A stretch of 63,984 nt of DNA, filler included, from Olpidium bornovanus S191 (taxonomy: Eukaryota > Fungi > Olpidiomycota): assembly GCA_017911155.1 (NCBI GenBank). It is 29 parts of 29 records of this genome, joined end to end, with 100 filler letters (N's around TTAATTAATTAA, not from the genome) between each part and the next. Parts side by side here need not be neighbours in the genome. Positions count along the whole stretch, not along the records: positions 21,745 to 23,874 come from JAEFCI010001385.1; positions 23,975 to 25,667 come from JAEFCI010011474.1; positions 25,768 to 28,196 come from JAEFCI010008727.1; positions 28,297 to 29,393 come from JAEFCI010009580.1; positions 29,494 to 31,242 come from JAEFCI010001121.1; positions 31,343 to 32,782 come from JAEFCI010013445.1; positions 32,883 to 35,215 come from JAEFCI010012509.1; positions 35,316 to 36,447 come from JAEFCI010003983.1; 21 more parts are not named here. The stretch is one strand, 5' to 3'. Shown here in pieces: positions 23,640 to 36,015 of this stretch. The translations under genes and the position numbers were made by a program. The notes under the pieces were generated by a model. The model was not told the DNA's origin. It made no database searches and saw only the letters and a program-made list of their open reading frames with translations. How positions within the stretch are numbered: the first letter of the stretch is position 1; every line of letters starts with the position of its first letter.

Positions 23640-23765
23640 TCATGCCCGCAAGCTTTTGGGATACTTGCACCCGCTCTGTCGGATTACAGCACCCGCGAAA
23701 TATTGCCCGGCGGCGACGCAGGCTTGGACCGAGTCACCCCTGATGTAATGCGCCATGAAGCCTCC
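23640..23765 (-). CDS. ADO1: Adenosine kinase, last exon only
   Basis: After the acceptor CTTCTCAG it reads GGFMAHYIRGDSVQACVAAGQYFAGAVIRQSGCKYPKSLRA*, matching the ADK/Ado1 C-terminus (GGF...CI.AG.Y.A...I...GC..P). Confidence 0.7.
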   Translation of the reverse strand, partial: GGFMAHYIRGDSVQACVAAGQYFAGAVIRQSGCKYPKSLRA

Positions 23766-23974
23766 CTGAGAAGCGGGCAGACAAAATCGCGAGAGTCAAT
23801 CGCGCCTCTCGACAAGCAAAACTTCCCCATCTTAAGGAAATGCGGACGCGGTACATAATAAGAAAAAAAAAGCCNNNNNNNNNNNNNNNNNNNNNNNNNN
23901 NNNNNNNNNNNNNNNNNNTTAATTAATTAANNNNNNNNNNNNNNNNNNNNNNNNNNNNNNNNNNNNNNNNNNNN

Positions 23975-25617
23975 CATGACGTCGGTGCTCGCGACCACGC
24001 GGAACGAGAAGATGCTGGAGGCCAGGCCCGAGCCGTACGAGAACACCGCGATCCGTTTGTTCAAGAGGTCGTCGGGCTCGATCTCGGAGATCAGGGACGC
24101 GATTCCGCCGTCTTTTTTTACGCAGAAAAAAAAACCCCCGCCCGCGAGTAAGACCGGGAGTTTCTGAGGTCTCGGGCCCGCGAAATTTGCGCGCGTCGCA
24201 AACTCCTGCGGAAAAGCCGTTGATTTTTTTTTTACTCACAAACGCTCGCGCAGTACATGTTTCCCAGCTGCTTCGCCGCCAGCAGTCCCGGCTCGACGCG
24301 CCGCGTCATCATCTGCTTGGTCTGCGCGAGGCAGGTGGCCATCAGAGAGCGGTCGTTGTAACTGTCTTCTTTCGACATGGAGAAGAACGGGCGGAACGCC
24401 GAGTATTTTTCGTCGTCCGGACTTCTTAGGTAGTCGTTGTACGCCTGCGTGGCCGACGTAGACGGCATGGTCAAACCGGCCAGGAACCGAAACGTCGAAA
24501 TAAGAAGGGGAAGAAAGAAATTTTGCTTACCAGTCGGGCGTAGGCCTTGATCACCTGCTTCGAGAAGGGAGCGTGGAAAACGAAGTAGTCCAACTGCTCC
24601 AGCGACGCCCTCTTGACGCCCTCGGCGTTCTCCAATTTTTTGAGGTACCGGTGGTAGCAGATGTCGACGCTCTTCAGGTAGCACTCGACCGACAGCTTGC
24701 CGTCGACCTCGGGGAACTCGGAGCTGAGGTCGGGCTTGTAAAAGTCGTACACGTGGTCCATGTGCGTCCCGCGGAGGCCGCGCTCGACGGCCAAGGGCGC
24801 GTCGGGGCCGACGAGCATGGCCACGCAACCGGCCCCTCCCGTGGGGCGGGCGCTGCCCGACGCGTACACCGCGATGTCGCCGGCCACCACCAAGGCAAGC
24901 CGGCCGTCCCAGGACGAGGACTCTACCCAGTTCACGGCGTTGAACAGCGCGCTGGTGCCCCCGTAGCAAGCGTTTGTCGTGTCCACGCCCTCGACGGCGG
25001 AATTGCCGGAGTCGACGAACAGTTGCATCAGCACCGACTTGACCGACTTGGACTTGTCGATGATCGTCTCGGTACCGACTTCAAGTCGCCCGATGTCGGC
25101 GTACGAGACGTCGTATTTCTCCATGAGGTTTTGTACGGCTGTGAAGCGGATGTGAGCAACGCGGAGGCGTGCGTCCTAAACGACGGCGCGCGAAACATAC
25201 CGGTCATGCAAATGGAATTTATGTCCTCCCGGTCATCGCAGAATGCCATCTTGGAAAGTCCCAACCCCGACGTGTACTTTCCCGCGGACACCCCATCATG
25301 TTTCTCTTTGGAACATCAAAAAAAGCGGGTGCTGTTAACAGGGGCAGAGCAGAGAAGCGAAAATTTGGCAGGCAAAAAAAAAAACGCAAGCGTCGCGCGG
25401 GATGACGTTACCGAGATCTGCTTGGTCGACACACTGCGAGAACCAGCAACCCGCAATTTCGAACAGAAAAGTCAGCACCTTGCATACCAAAGCCGAAGAA
25501 TGGAAAAGGTCGTTCGACGCGTGGCTGGGGGTTGATACCGACCCTGGCCGGGAAGTAAATCTCCAAAGCCCTTATGCCGACGTTCTCGGGGTACTGGAAG
25601 GAGTTGGGGGAAACCAT
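23975..25617 (-). CDS. ERG13: HMG-CoA synthase, multi-exon, 3' truncated
   Basis: [91 protein letters not shown] and GNMYCASV. Confidence 0.97.
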
Positions 25618-26017
25618 TTGCGCCACCTGATGGGGTTGCCGCAGAGACTTGCGGCAAGGGGGCGGGGNNNNNNNNNNNNNNNNNNNNNNNNNNNNNNNNN
25701 NNNNNNNNNNNTTAATTAATTAANNNNNNNNNNNNNNNNNNNNNNNNNNNNNNNNNNNNNNNNNNNNCCGCGCCTTTGAGAAAATTCTGCCCCTTCGCCG
25801 ATCGCGCCCGTGCTGTTCGCACCTTTTCCCGCGCATGGACCGAACCCGGTCGAGCTGGGGATCGCGCAGCGCCAGCAACGCGTCCATGGTCTGAAGCACG
25901 AGCAGTTTGAAAAATGTCGGCGCCCAGGTCCTTCGCCCACGGCAGCCAGGCGGCAGGCGGTTTCGTCGACGCCGCGTTGCGCTCCGGGTTTGGTCTCAGC
26001 AGCAATTTTCTTTCTTT

Positions 26018-26048
<31 letters not shown>

Positions 26049-26178
26049 CCTTCTCCCCGCTCCTCTTCCTCCCCGTCAAACGCTTTCGGCACGAGAGGAA
26101 AAAGAGTAGGAGGAGGACGACGAGGACGAGCAAAAAGAACGCACCCGCGCGGAAAAGAACCGCCAAGCGCCCCTCGCG

Positions 26179-28081
26179 ATGCCGCCGAAGAAGCAGCAGG
26201 CCGCCGACAGGATCCTCCTCGGCAGGCCGGGCAACAACCTCAAGATGGTATACCGCCCGCCTTGCCCTCCCTCCCTGCGCGCGAAACGGGGGAAAGGAAC
26301 AACAAAAAAAAAATAAAAAAATAAAAGCCGCGCTTGTCGTTTTCCCCCTTACTGCGTGGGGTCTGCGCTCGTTCCCCGGTGTTTCGGCCTTTGCGTGTGC
26401 CCGCGTCAATTGACTCCAGAGTCCCCTCCTTCCCCCCTCCGCGCAACCCGCAGGGCGTCGTCGGCCTCCCGAACGTCGGGAAGTCGACCTTTTTTAACGC
26501 GCTGACGAACAGTAGCGCGCCCGCCGAGGTGAACATTCCGGCCTCGGCTCCGCACCCCGCCTTTCTGGTTTGCGGCGCTGGCGCGCGGCGGGGACCGCGC
26601 GACGCGGCGGTTCCTCATCTCGTCGGACGTTCCTCCCGCGCAGAACTTCCCCTTCTGCACGATCGACAAGGAGGAATCGCGCGTCGCGGTCCCCGATTCC
26701 AGAATAGAGAAGCTGTTCGAGATCTACAAGTCGGAGAAGAAGGTTCCTGGTAAGGAGGGCCGTCGCCGCCAGAGCCGAGGGACGGCGCCCGGTTTCCACC
26801 GCCGGACAAGGACGGTGCGCGCTTCCCACGTCCGGAAGGTCGAAACCCAAACGCCCGGCGGTTCCCTCCGACGTTGTGCCTACGTTTCGTGTCGAGTCGC
26901 GGACGCCGTTCGTACACAAACCAACCCCCCCTCACCTCTTTTCGCGGCCGCCTTGCGCAGCGTACCTGTCCGTCATTGACATTGCCGGCCTGGTCAAGGG
27001 CGCAGCGGAAGGCGAGGGCCTCGGCAACGCGTTTCTGTCGCACATCAAAGCCGTGGACGGCATTTTCCACGTCTGCAGGGCGTTCGACGACGCCGACGTG
27101 ATCCACGTGGAAGGAGAGGTGGACCCGGTGCGGGACCTGGAAATTATACACCGGGAGCTGTTGCTCAAGGACGAGGAGTTCATCAGCAAGCAGGAGGCGA
27201 CTCGTGCCAAGGACAAGTCGGCGCAGGGCGACAAGCTGAAGAAGGAGGAGCTGGAGATCGTGCGCAAGGTTTTAGATTGGGTGTCTGTCCAGAGAAAGGA
27301 CGTGCGCGAAGGAGTCTGGAACAACAAAGAGGTCGAGTTCATAAACACCCTCCAGCTCATCACCGCCAAACCCGTCGTCTACCTCGTCAATTTGTCCGAG
27401 AAAGATTACGTCCGCAAGAAGAACAAGTGGCTCGTTAAAATCAAGCAATGGGGGGACGAGAATCACCCGGGCGACCTGCTCATCCCCTGCTCGGTCGCAC
27501 TCGAGCTCAAGCTTACCCAGATGGAAACCGATGCTGAGCGCGAGGCCTACCTCAAGACGCTTCAACAAAAATACGAGGTTTCAAACCCCGTGACCAGCGT
27601 ACTACCGAAGATTATTCTGGCCGGATACAGCGCCCTCAACCTTGTCTATTGTAATATTCCCCGCCTTTTCGTTGTCCGGGGAACGGGATATGGCGAACGG
27701 CGTTGGAAAAGTGGCTTTCCACGAAAAGAGACTTGGTTCGCAACTGTCGGCCGATAACATCGGCATCCACGTCAAGCGAGTGGAAATGTGGGAGTACCTT
27801 ACTCTCTGGCCATGGAAGCTGACTTGATCTCCGCCTCGGCCTCCACGCAGACTTCACATGCGGCCCGATGGAGGTCCGCTGCTGGACCATCAGAAAAGGC
27901 ACCAAGGCGCCACAGGCCGCCGGTGTCATCCACACAGATTTTGAGAAGGTGCGGCACTTTGAAATGTCTTAAGATATCATGCTCGTTCGCTGCGCAGTCT
28001 GGACTAACGGCTGAGACTTTTGGCCTGTTCGGGCTGGTTTCTGTTCCACCGTTACGTTTTTTCCCAGGGTTTCATCATGGG
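26179..28081 (+). CDS. OLA1: Obg-like ATPase 1 (YchF family), multi-exon, 3' truncated
   Basis: [70 protein letters not shown] and [16 protein letters not shown]. Confidence 0.96.
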
Positions 28082-28786
28082 GGTATGTTCCGTCCCCGCC
28101 GCGCTACGTCTCACCCCGTCCGGTCCCCGGTGCAGGGTCGAATACCGTAGCAGACGTACCCACTGAATCCTTATTTGAATTTCCTTTGTCGACTCCNNNN
28201 NNNNNNNNNNNNNNNNNNNNNNNNNNNNNNNNNNNNNNNNTTAATTAATTAANNNNNNNNNNNNNNNNNNNNNNNNNNNNNNNNNNNNNNNNNNNNTCGG
28301 CCCAGTGTACCGGGGGGACCGGCCCGTAGCCTCTGCGATTGGCCGGAGGGAGGGAACGCGGAGACTACCGCCGGGACGGGGGCGACCAGCGCCAGGAGAG
28401 AAGCGGAGAACTTCATGGTCTTTTAAGGCGGGAGCAGCGAGGATCAGTTAAGATTCGCTGGCGAGAAGGGCCGAGGAAGGTTGTGCGTCAAACTACAGGC
28501 CTTTCGCCCGTCGCTACTTAAGCGCGGTTGGGGTGGCGAGGGGGGGAAGGGCGACGGGCGGGAGCGACGTCATTCTCGGTGGGTCTTGCGGGCGCGAGTG
28601 GCTGGTTCGGGCGACGAGCGGCGGCCTGAGCGTGGCAGAGGATGGGGAGTGGGGGGGGGGAAAGCGGAAAAGGGGGAAGGAAGTTTTGGGGAAGACTGGG
28701 GCTGAAGGCACTGCCGGGTAACGGCGCCGGGCTCCTGAACTGATTTTCCTGACAACAGGAAACTTTCTGAAAGCACTGTGGCCAGT

Positions 28787-28993
28787 TGTGGTGGTAGAAC
28801 GGGTAGGTTGCGGCTTGCCGCGGAAATAAGAAGGGATTAGATGTCGTAATTCACGTTTGGATGGCAGGTGGTTGGTCGCAACCCCGAAATGTTTTACTAT
28901 AGCGCCCCCCCCCGCCAAAGCCCAGTCTCTCTCTCTCTCTCTCCTCCCACTATCCGAAATATAACGCGTTACCAAACCACAGGTTATGAGCCC
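28787..28993 (+). mobile_element. Copia-type 5' LTR (195 bp) plus primer-binding site
   Basis: The LTR is bounded by TGTGGT (28787) and ACCACA (28981). It is followed directly by GGTTATGAGCCC (28982-28993), the Ty5/copia-type half-tRNAiMet PBS. Confidence 0.6.
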
Positions 28994-29030
28994 AACGGGA
29001 CTTCCCTGCCTGTACCTGTGACCGAGGTCG

Positions 29031-29130
29031 CCATCCCGCAGCAGCAGAAGTGCGCGCGGGCATACCGCGGCAGCTGAACGCCATCCCGCAGCAGCAGAAG
29101 TGCGCGTGGGCGTACCGTGGCAGCTGAACG
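29031..29130 (+). repeat. 50-bp tandem duplication in the leader downstream of the PBS
   Basis: CCATCCCGCAGCAGCAGAAGTGCGCGYGGGCRTACCGYGGCAGCTGAACG occurs twice, at 29031 and 29081. Confidence 0.9.
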
Positions 29131-29495
29131 CCGCCGCAGCGGAGCGCGAGAGCGGGAGCTCGCTGCGCGAGAAGCCGCTGCGCGGATTCGCTGCACAGCG
29201 GAGCGCGGGAGCGCTGCCGCGCATCAGCGGACCGCCGCAGCGAAGCGCAGGAGCGCGACGGGAGCACGAGAGCGGGAGCGCTGCGCCACCGTGCGAAAGA
29301 AAACCTGTTTTGAAAAAAAAAAATCAACAGACAGGGTAAAGCAAAAGGAAAAGAAACGAAAAAAAAAGCCCCGACATCCTGGGTAGGAAAAAANNNNNNN
29401 NNNNNNNNNNNNNNNNNNNNNNNNNNNNNNNNNNNNNTTAATTAATTAANNNNNNNNNNNNNNNNNNNNNNNNNNNNNNNNNNNNNNNNNNNNCG

Positions 29496-29544
<49 letters not shown>

Positions 29545-29953
29545 CGGCCCTGCAGCCGCTTTCCCTGCCGCTGTTCTCGCGGGCGATGGGGCGGACGTGC
29601 GGGGTGCGGTCGAACACGGGCTCCCCCGTTGTGCTGGGGCCTCCTGGTCGGCGACGCCGACACGTACGGGGAAGATGGGGCGACCAACGCGCCCGTTTCG
29701 CCCCGCTGTGGCGGACTGTGCCGCGTGCATCCGCTTCCCGGCCGGCAAAAACGGGAGGAGTTGGCCTGGTGGATCGGCGCGCGCGGCCGTCCGAATTTCG
29801 TCCCTTTCTCACTATTCCGCCCAGGAAGGACGTTCGATCCGCGATCATCGCAGGTCGCCATCTCTAACGCCATCCTTGCTTCTGGGCCTCTCGTGTCTCC
29901 GCCCACATTTGTGCCGGCCGACCTCGGGTAAACCGTTTGTGGACGCTATGCGG

Positions 29954-31162
29954 ATGACTGTGGGCTGCAGGTCGTCACAAGGCCGCCTGCAGATTTTCCC
30001 GACACGGATGTGAGTAGAATGGAAGCCGCAAATGGCCGGGACCACTACTGGTGCTCGGCGTGGCTGCGCCGTGTCGGAGTGGTTCATAAGGCAGAGGCAG
30101 GAAGGCATTGAGTGGGTGTAACGCTGTCGGCGCATTGGGATAACCCATCCAATCCCTGACCTGGGGCCGTCGTTGAGGAACGCCATGCCGGAATCCGGAC
30201 TGCAACCGGAGACAGGAGAAACGGACGCGGCGGTTATCTTTTGGCGTCTGCATATTACGCTAAGGCGGATGGCGCAGGTTTGTTGCCGTCAGGATATACG
30301 CGGTCGTATTTGTCTCACTGGTGCCCGTTCTTGGGTAATGGCCCATCAGGGCTCTTACCACCGTCCGGCTGCGCCTAAAGGGCGCGCAGACTGGCCACAG
30401 CCTTCTGAAGCGCAAGTCCGAGGCACTTACCAAACGATTCAGGGAAATCGTCAAGAAAATCGACGAGGTTAGACGACATTCCGCTTACTTGCGCTTAGAC
30501 CCACCCTGAAAACTCTCCACTTATGATCTCGGGTGGTTCTTTTCCGCCCACCCAGGCTAAGCGCAAAATGGGAAAAATGATGCAGGTCGCGTCGTTTTCC
30601 CTTGCCGAGGTCACCTATATTGCAGGTGACATCAGGTGAGTCATGTGCAGTGATCCTTTACGACCATCCGTCCACTTTTCAGTGAGCTTCCACGGAAGTC
30701 CGTCGTTTTGACAGCCGCAAATCTAGTCAGGGGGGGGTTTTTTCGGGGGGTGGGGGAGGGGGTGGGAGCTACTAACTGGCATGCTCCTCGCTGTGGACAG
30801 CTACCAGGTGCGCGAAAGTGCGAAAACAGCCCAGACTCGCGTGCGCACGAAGCTTGAGAATGTGTCCGGTGTCATGCTGCCCGCCTTCGAGACCTACAGT
30901 GAGGGGATGAACGGTGAGTGGTTTTCTAACCTGACCCTTCGCGCGCACTGAGTTTTCAGCGCCTGCGCGTGTCTGCCCGGGAAGCCTGCTTTGGAGCTCG
31001 CGTGCTAAAGCGAGTTATTTCCGCGTTTTCCGTCTGCTGACTCCTGCCGCGTCGCCAGCCTTCGAGCTCACCGGTCTCGGCCGTGGCGGTCAGCAGGTCC
31101 AGAAGTGCAAGGACGTGTACCAGAAAGCCGTCCAGACTCTCGTAGAGCTGGCTTCGCTTCAG
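29954..31162 (+). CDS. VMA8: V-ATPase V1 subunit D, multi-exon, 3' truncated
   Basis: IFPTRM|ALTTVRLRLKGAQTGHSLLKRKSEALTKRFR, KMMQVASFSLAEV, ENVSGVMLPAFE and FELTGLGRGGQQVQKCKDVYQKAVQTLVELASLQ. The start codon is uncertain. Confidence 0.95.
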
Positions 31163-31373
31163 GTGAGTGCGGCCGCTAGCGGCGCACCATTTTACGTCTG
31201 CTCCCATCGCACCTTCCGAGCGGTAGTCGACCTTTTGCATGANNNNNNNNNNNNNNNNNNNNNNNNNNNNNNNNNNNNNNNNNNNNTTAATTAATTAANN
31301 NNNNNNNNNNNNNNNNNNNNNNNNNNNNNNNNNNNNNNNNNNCCCCCCCCGGGCCCCGGGGAAAAAAAAGAAA

Positions 31374-31415
<42 letters not shown>

Positions 31416-31496
31416 GTACGTCGTCCGACGCGCTCGCCCCCCGCCGCCCCGCTCCCGCTCCTGCAGCCGCCGCCGCCGCCGCCGCTGCCCTGTCCC

Positions 31497-32782
31497 ATGC
31501 CGCGGGTTGCCGCCCGGTGAGTGCAGGTAGCCCCGGTGACTGGACTAGTCGGGCTGGCGGTGAGCCGAAAAGCCGTCCGACTTCGCGAAACCCCCCGCCT
31601 CCCTTTCGGGGCCGCCCCCGTCCCCGGCCCTGGCCACCGCAAAACTCAAATTTGGTCGCCTTTGCTTCCTCTGGCCCCCCCCCCCCCCCCCCCCCTCCCT
31701 CCCCCACGCCAGTGTTGACCTACGCGTCCTCGAGGCACCTGGGAAAGGCCGCGGCGTCTTTTCCCCAACCGCGGACGGCGGTTCTGCTGGCACCGGCCAG
31801 GGCGCTCTCGGAGCCGCCGCGTCGAAGCCCAAGACCGCCGCAGCGGCAGTTCTCCAGCCCGGCACAGCGCTGCTGCAACAGGCACCGTACGTGTGCGTGG
31901 TTGACGACAGGAACCTCGCGACCACCTGCAGCTATTGCTTCAGGAGCACCGAATCTGCCGTCCAACCCGCTAAGGCTCTTCTCCTCTGCTCGGTGTGCCA
32001 AACCGTGCGCTACTGCTCGAGGCAGTGCCAGGCAGGAGACTGGGCGGACCACCGAGCGGAATGCCGGGGCTTTGTCTGCGTCAAACCGCGGCGCGTCCCT
32101 GCGGCGGTGCGCGCCTTCTGTCGAATCTTGCGAAAGAGAGCGAGGGACCCGGCATCAGTGAGCACGGGGGGAAAGCGCGGTTTGCGAACTCCTGCGGCTT
32201 TTGGCGCAACGACTGACTCCTCGTCTCGACGATTATCTCGCCCGCGCTGGCCAGTTGCCGGAAATTGATAGCTTGGAAAGCAGTGAGTTCGTCTAAAAGC
32301 GAAACGTTGCGAGCCATCGTTTGCCCTCGGCTCTGCTTTCTTACGCGGTCGTAATCATCGTTTGCTACCGGAAAAAAAGACAGGCAGAGGTTCCCTCAAG
32401 AGCAATTGGAGACCTTTGCGCACTTGAGCGTCGTGGCGATAGCATGTCTTGATGGCGACACGCCAGTGCCGCCGGCCAGTGAGATGATTGCGCTGTGGTG
32501 CAAGGTGAGAACCGCACTGCATGCGCCTGCGAAAAATGACCTTTTGACTGGGGTTTGACGATCTCTTGGCCGCCAATCAGTTTACCTGCAACAGCTTTTC
32601 GGTCACTGACGGAGAGCTCGTCAACAGGGGTGTCGGTATCTACACCCAGGTGGCTATGCTTAACCACTCGTGCGACCCGAACTGCGTGGTGGTGTTCGAC
32701 GGGAACGTCGCTTGCGTCCGCAACATCCTGCCACTTCAGCCGGGGGAGGAGCTGACCGTGAGCTACGTCGACGGCTGCATGA
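31497..32782 (+). CDS. SMYD-type SET-MYND lysine methyltransferase, 3' truncated
   Basis: MPRVAAR|VDLRVLEAPGKGRGVF, MYND finger CSYC..CSVCQTVRYCSRQCQAGDWADHRAEC, and SET motifs MLNHSCDPNC and GEELTVSYVD. Confidence 0.88.
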
Positions 32783-32967
32783 NNNNNNNNNNNNNNNNNN
32801 NNNNNNNNNNNNNNNNNNNNNNNNNNTTAATTAATTAANNNNNNNNNNNNNNNNNNNNNNNNNNNNNNNNNNNNNNNNNNNNAATTAAAAAAAAAAACAA
32901 AATAACAACAATAACATAAAAATAAAATTAAAAATTTACCCACCAGCAAGCCGCGAGGTACCTGAAG

Positions 32968-33435
32968 ATGCACACCGACCGGCTGGAGCAGGAGAACCGG
33001 CAGCTGGAGGCGGGCCTCCGGCAGGCGATGCGGAGCACGCGGGAGAAGCTGATCCGGAAGGAGGCGCTCGAGTGGGAAAACAGGGAGCTGGTGCGCGAGC
33101 GCAGGCTGAGGGAGGGCGTCATCCGGGTCCGCATCGACCGGGCCGCCCGGGAGCTACGCGAGGCCGAAGAGAGGAGGAGCAGGAGGCGGGAACTGGAGCG
33201 GCGGCGGAGGGCCGCCGCGGGCGGGAAGGAGACCGGCGGAGGAGGACGAAGGGGAGGAGCTGGTGGCGGCGGCGGCGGAGCGGGCGGAGGGAGCGGCCGC
33301 GATTACGACGACGAGTGCGACAACGACGACGACGACGGCGACGACGGCGACGGCGACGGCGACGGCGACAGCTACTCGTCAGCGAGCTCCGAGGACGACG
33401 AGGACGCCGTGGTCAACGACGAACTGCTGTCTTGA
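32968..33435 (+). CDS. Hypothetical coiled-coil protein C-terminus with acidic tail
   Basis: R/E-rich heptad segment followed by a Gly-rich linker and a D-rich tail, with GC3-biased codons. Confidence 0.45.
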   Translation: MHTDRLEQENRQLEAGLRQAMRSTREKLIRKEALEWENRELVRERRLREGVIRVRIDRAARELREAEERRSRRRELERRRRAAAGGKETGGGGRRGGAGGGGGGAGGGSGRDYDDECDNDDDDGDDGDGDGDGDSYSSASSEDDEDAVVNDELLS

Positions 33436-35471
33436 AAGAAAAGAAAAAAGATTATAACCAAAACCGCAAATAAAGAAGAAAGATGAAGGACGAGTGGCGC
33501 TTTCGGGTTGGGTTGTTTTCCGGACGGCGCTAAATTTGGGTCTTGAGGGAAAAATGAAAGCCCCGAAACCGTAACACTTTTCTTTGCAAAATCGTTTTGA
33601 TTGTTCAAAGTTTCCCCCGCCCCTGACTTCCCCCTCCTCCCCCACTTCAGGAACCGAATATTTGGGAGTACATGAAGCACACCGACCCCAACCCCTTTCC
33701 CTCCCCCCCCCCCCCCCCCCCCCCCCACGCGTGGGAGAATTGCAAATGGATCCAACGAAGGACGACCACCAGACGGAATTCTTCCAGGATGCCCGGGATG
33801 TGCTGGACCCGTACATCTCAGTTGTGCCAGCACGGTGCGACTCGCTTCAAGCACGTTCCCTTCATCCCCAAGGATCCGGTGGAGTGTGACACACCGCGCC
33901 GGTTCGAGATTTCGGAGGAGATCGTTGGCCGAGTTCTATTTCAACGAGGATGGCCCGCGTTTGCCTGAAACGCTTACACGGGCTCACGAACCGGTACGAC
34001 GTGCTCTGCGGGTCACCCTCCTCAGACGCAACGCGGATATATCAGGTTCATCGGGGCCCTGCGTCGGTAAAGAAAGTCTGTGAACGAATCCATTCGCAAA
34101 GTCCTGCTCGTTGGAAGACGAAACACGCCCGGCAACTTCTTTTTTCGTTTTAAGTATATATAATCTTTTGGCGACAGAGGGTGCAAATGTTCTCTCGTTA
34201 CTCAGACAAGCGAGTCCAGGTCCGGGGAAGTGGGGGGGGAAGAGGAGGGGATTGGGCTTGAGGTTGGGTTTCCACCCGCAACGTCTGCGGCCGTTTTTGG
34301 CAACGGCGGATCCAAGCACGTTCTCGTCAAACCCTTCCTGTTCGGATGGCTTCTGGGCCAATGGGGACACCGCGGGAGGATTCTCACGCAGGGGGCGATC
34401 ACCGGCTGCCGCCAGAACCGCCCGAATAGATGTTTGCGGAGCGGCCGCGGCCGTGGGCGGGCCACGGGCGGCTGCGGCAGGTCAAGGGTCACCGCACGGC
34501 CACAGAGGAAGGCTTTGCGCCCGCCGGGACTCACTTCTTGCTGCCCATCTTGCTGCCCCTGGCCCCCTTCCCCTTTTCACCCCCCCCCCCACCTCCCCTT
34601 CTCCCCCCGCACCCTCCGTGGGAGGCGGGGAAAAAGCCTCGGCGGCTTCCCCGGAGGAAATCACCCAAAATTCGCGGACTGTGGGCGAGGCCCCTTCGCG
34701 CCCTGCTGGTGTCGAGTTTTCCTCGGGGGTCTTCGTTCGGCGGCTTAGTCGGGGGGGGGGGGGGGGTGGGGGGGGGGGGGCAAACGCAGCCCCGGTCCCG
34801 AAATCACGTTTTTCCGCGCGGTGTGGCGCCCGCGAGGGTGGGAACTGGGGCGCGGCCGGGGGAAAATCACGCGCCGCGCGCGCGCGGGGATGAAAAGGAA
34901 AGGCGCGCCGGATTGTTAATTAAAATTGGCCTGCGCCGCTTAAAGTGTGCCGCCGGACCGCATTTTCCAAACGCGCGTCGCGTTCCCTCCCCTCCTTACC
35001 ACTCCCCGCTCCCCTCTTTTTCTTTTTCCGCGCGCGGTTGGAGTGTGTTGCGGAAAAGGGGCTCTCTCTCTCTTCTTTCTTCTCTCTCCATTGTTTGCGT
35101 TTGACGGCGGGAGGAAGAGCTCCAGGGGGAGCTCCCCTGTAATATGCCGGCAAAACGTCGAATTCGGAACCCAAGTTTTATTCTCGTGTGGTGTTCGGGT
35201 TTCGTTGTTTTTTACNNNNNNNNNNNNNNNNNNNNNNNNNNNNNNNNNNNNNNNNNNNNTTAATTAATTAANNNNNNNNNNNNNNNNNNNNNNNNNNNNN
35301 NNNNNNNNNNNNNNNCATGATTTCCAAGTCTCTTTTCCGCACGTTTTCGGAAACGGCCGGACAATTGAACCTCAGAAAAATAAGGCGGCCTCCGGCGGTA
35401 CCAGCGGCGGCAACAAAAAACGAAAAAAAAAAAAATAAAACAATCAAATAGAAATACTTATGCCCGCTTAC

Positions 35472-36015
35472 TTAGGCTGCATAGCGTATTTCCTCAATTC
35501 CGCAATCTGATGGTTCCGTTCCTCCGTCTGGGTGGTATATTCGGCGATGAGAGCAATCCGGTTTTCTTCCAGAGTTTTCTGCCGCCGTCGAAGACAGTCA
35601 GCAGAAGCCGATCCGCGCCCGTTTTGCAGATCAGAATCTGCAGCTCACTTTCTCACGCGAGACGTCTTCGTGCGTCCTGCGGAGGGCCTCCAGTTCGGAC
35701 TTTAAATTCACGTGTTCCTTGAGGATCTGCTCCGTTTTTTCCACAAACGTCGTCGCGCCGTGGTCCGGTGGTCCCGAAAAAAAAAACTCTTGTCGTCAGA
35801 CGGGAGGGAAACCGCGGCGGCATCAATCGCGAGCGCGTCGCGGAAACCGAGTCCGCCCCGACCGACTCCCGGACCTCGTCGCTCCCCCGCTTCTCGTTCG
35901 TCAGCTTCTCTATGAGCTCGAGGGCGAGCTGGATTTCCCGTTGGCACGACTCGTTGCAGCAGGGCTCCGTTTCGAAAGCGCCCGCCGGCGGCGGCGCGCG
36001 TCCCAGGTCCGGCAT
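35472..36015 (-). CDS. Hypothetical coiled-coil protein, multi-exon fragment
   Basis: Exon-like blocks QREIQLALELIEKLTNEK, EQILKEHVNLKSELEALRRTHEDVSREK|GTGAGC and KTLEENRIALIAEYTTQTEERNHQIAELRKY|GTAAGC. Confidence 0.45.

Noticed and set aside
33748-34083. Coding-like segment MDPTKDDHQTEFFQDARDVLDPY with frame changes
   Set aside because: It may be a real exon or a pseudogene, but I could not assign a family or a consistent gene model.
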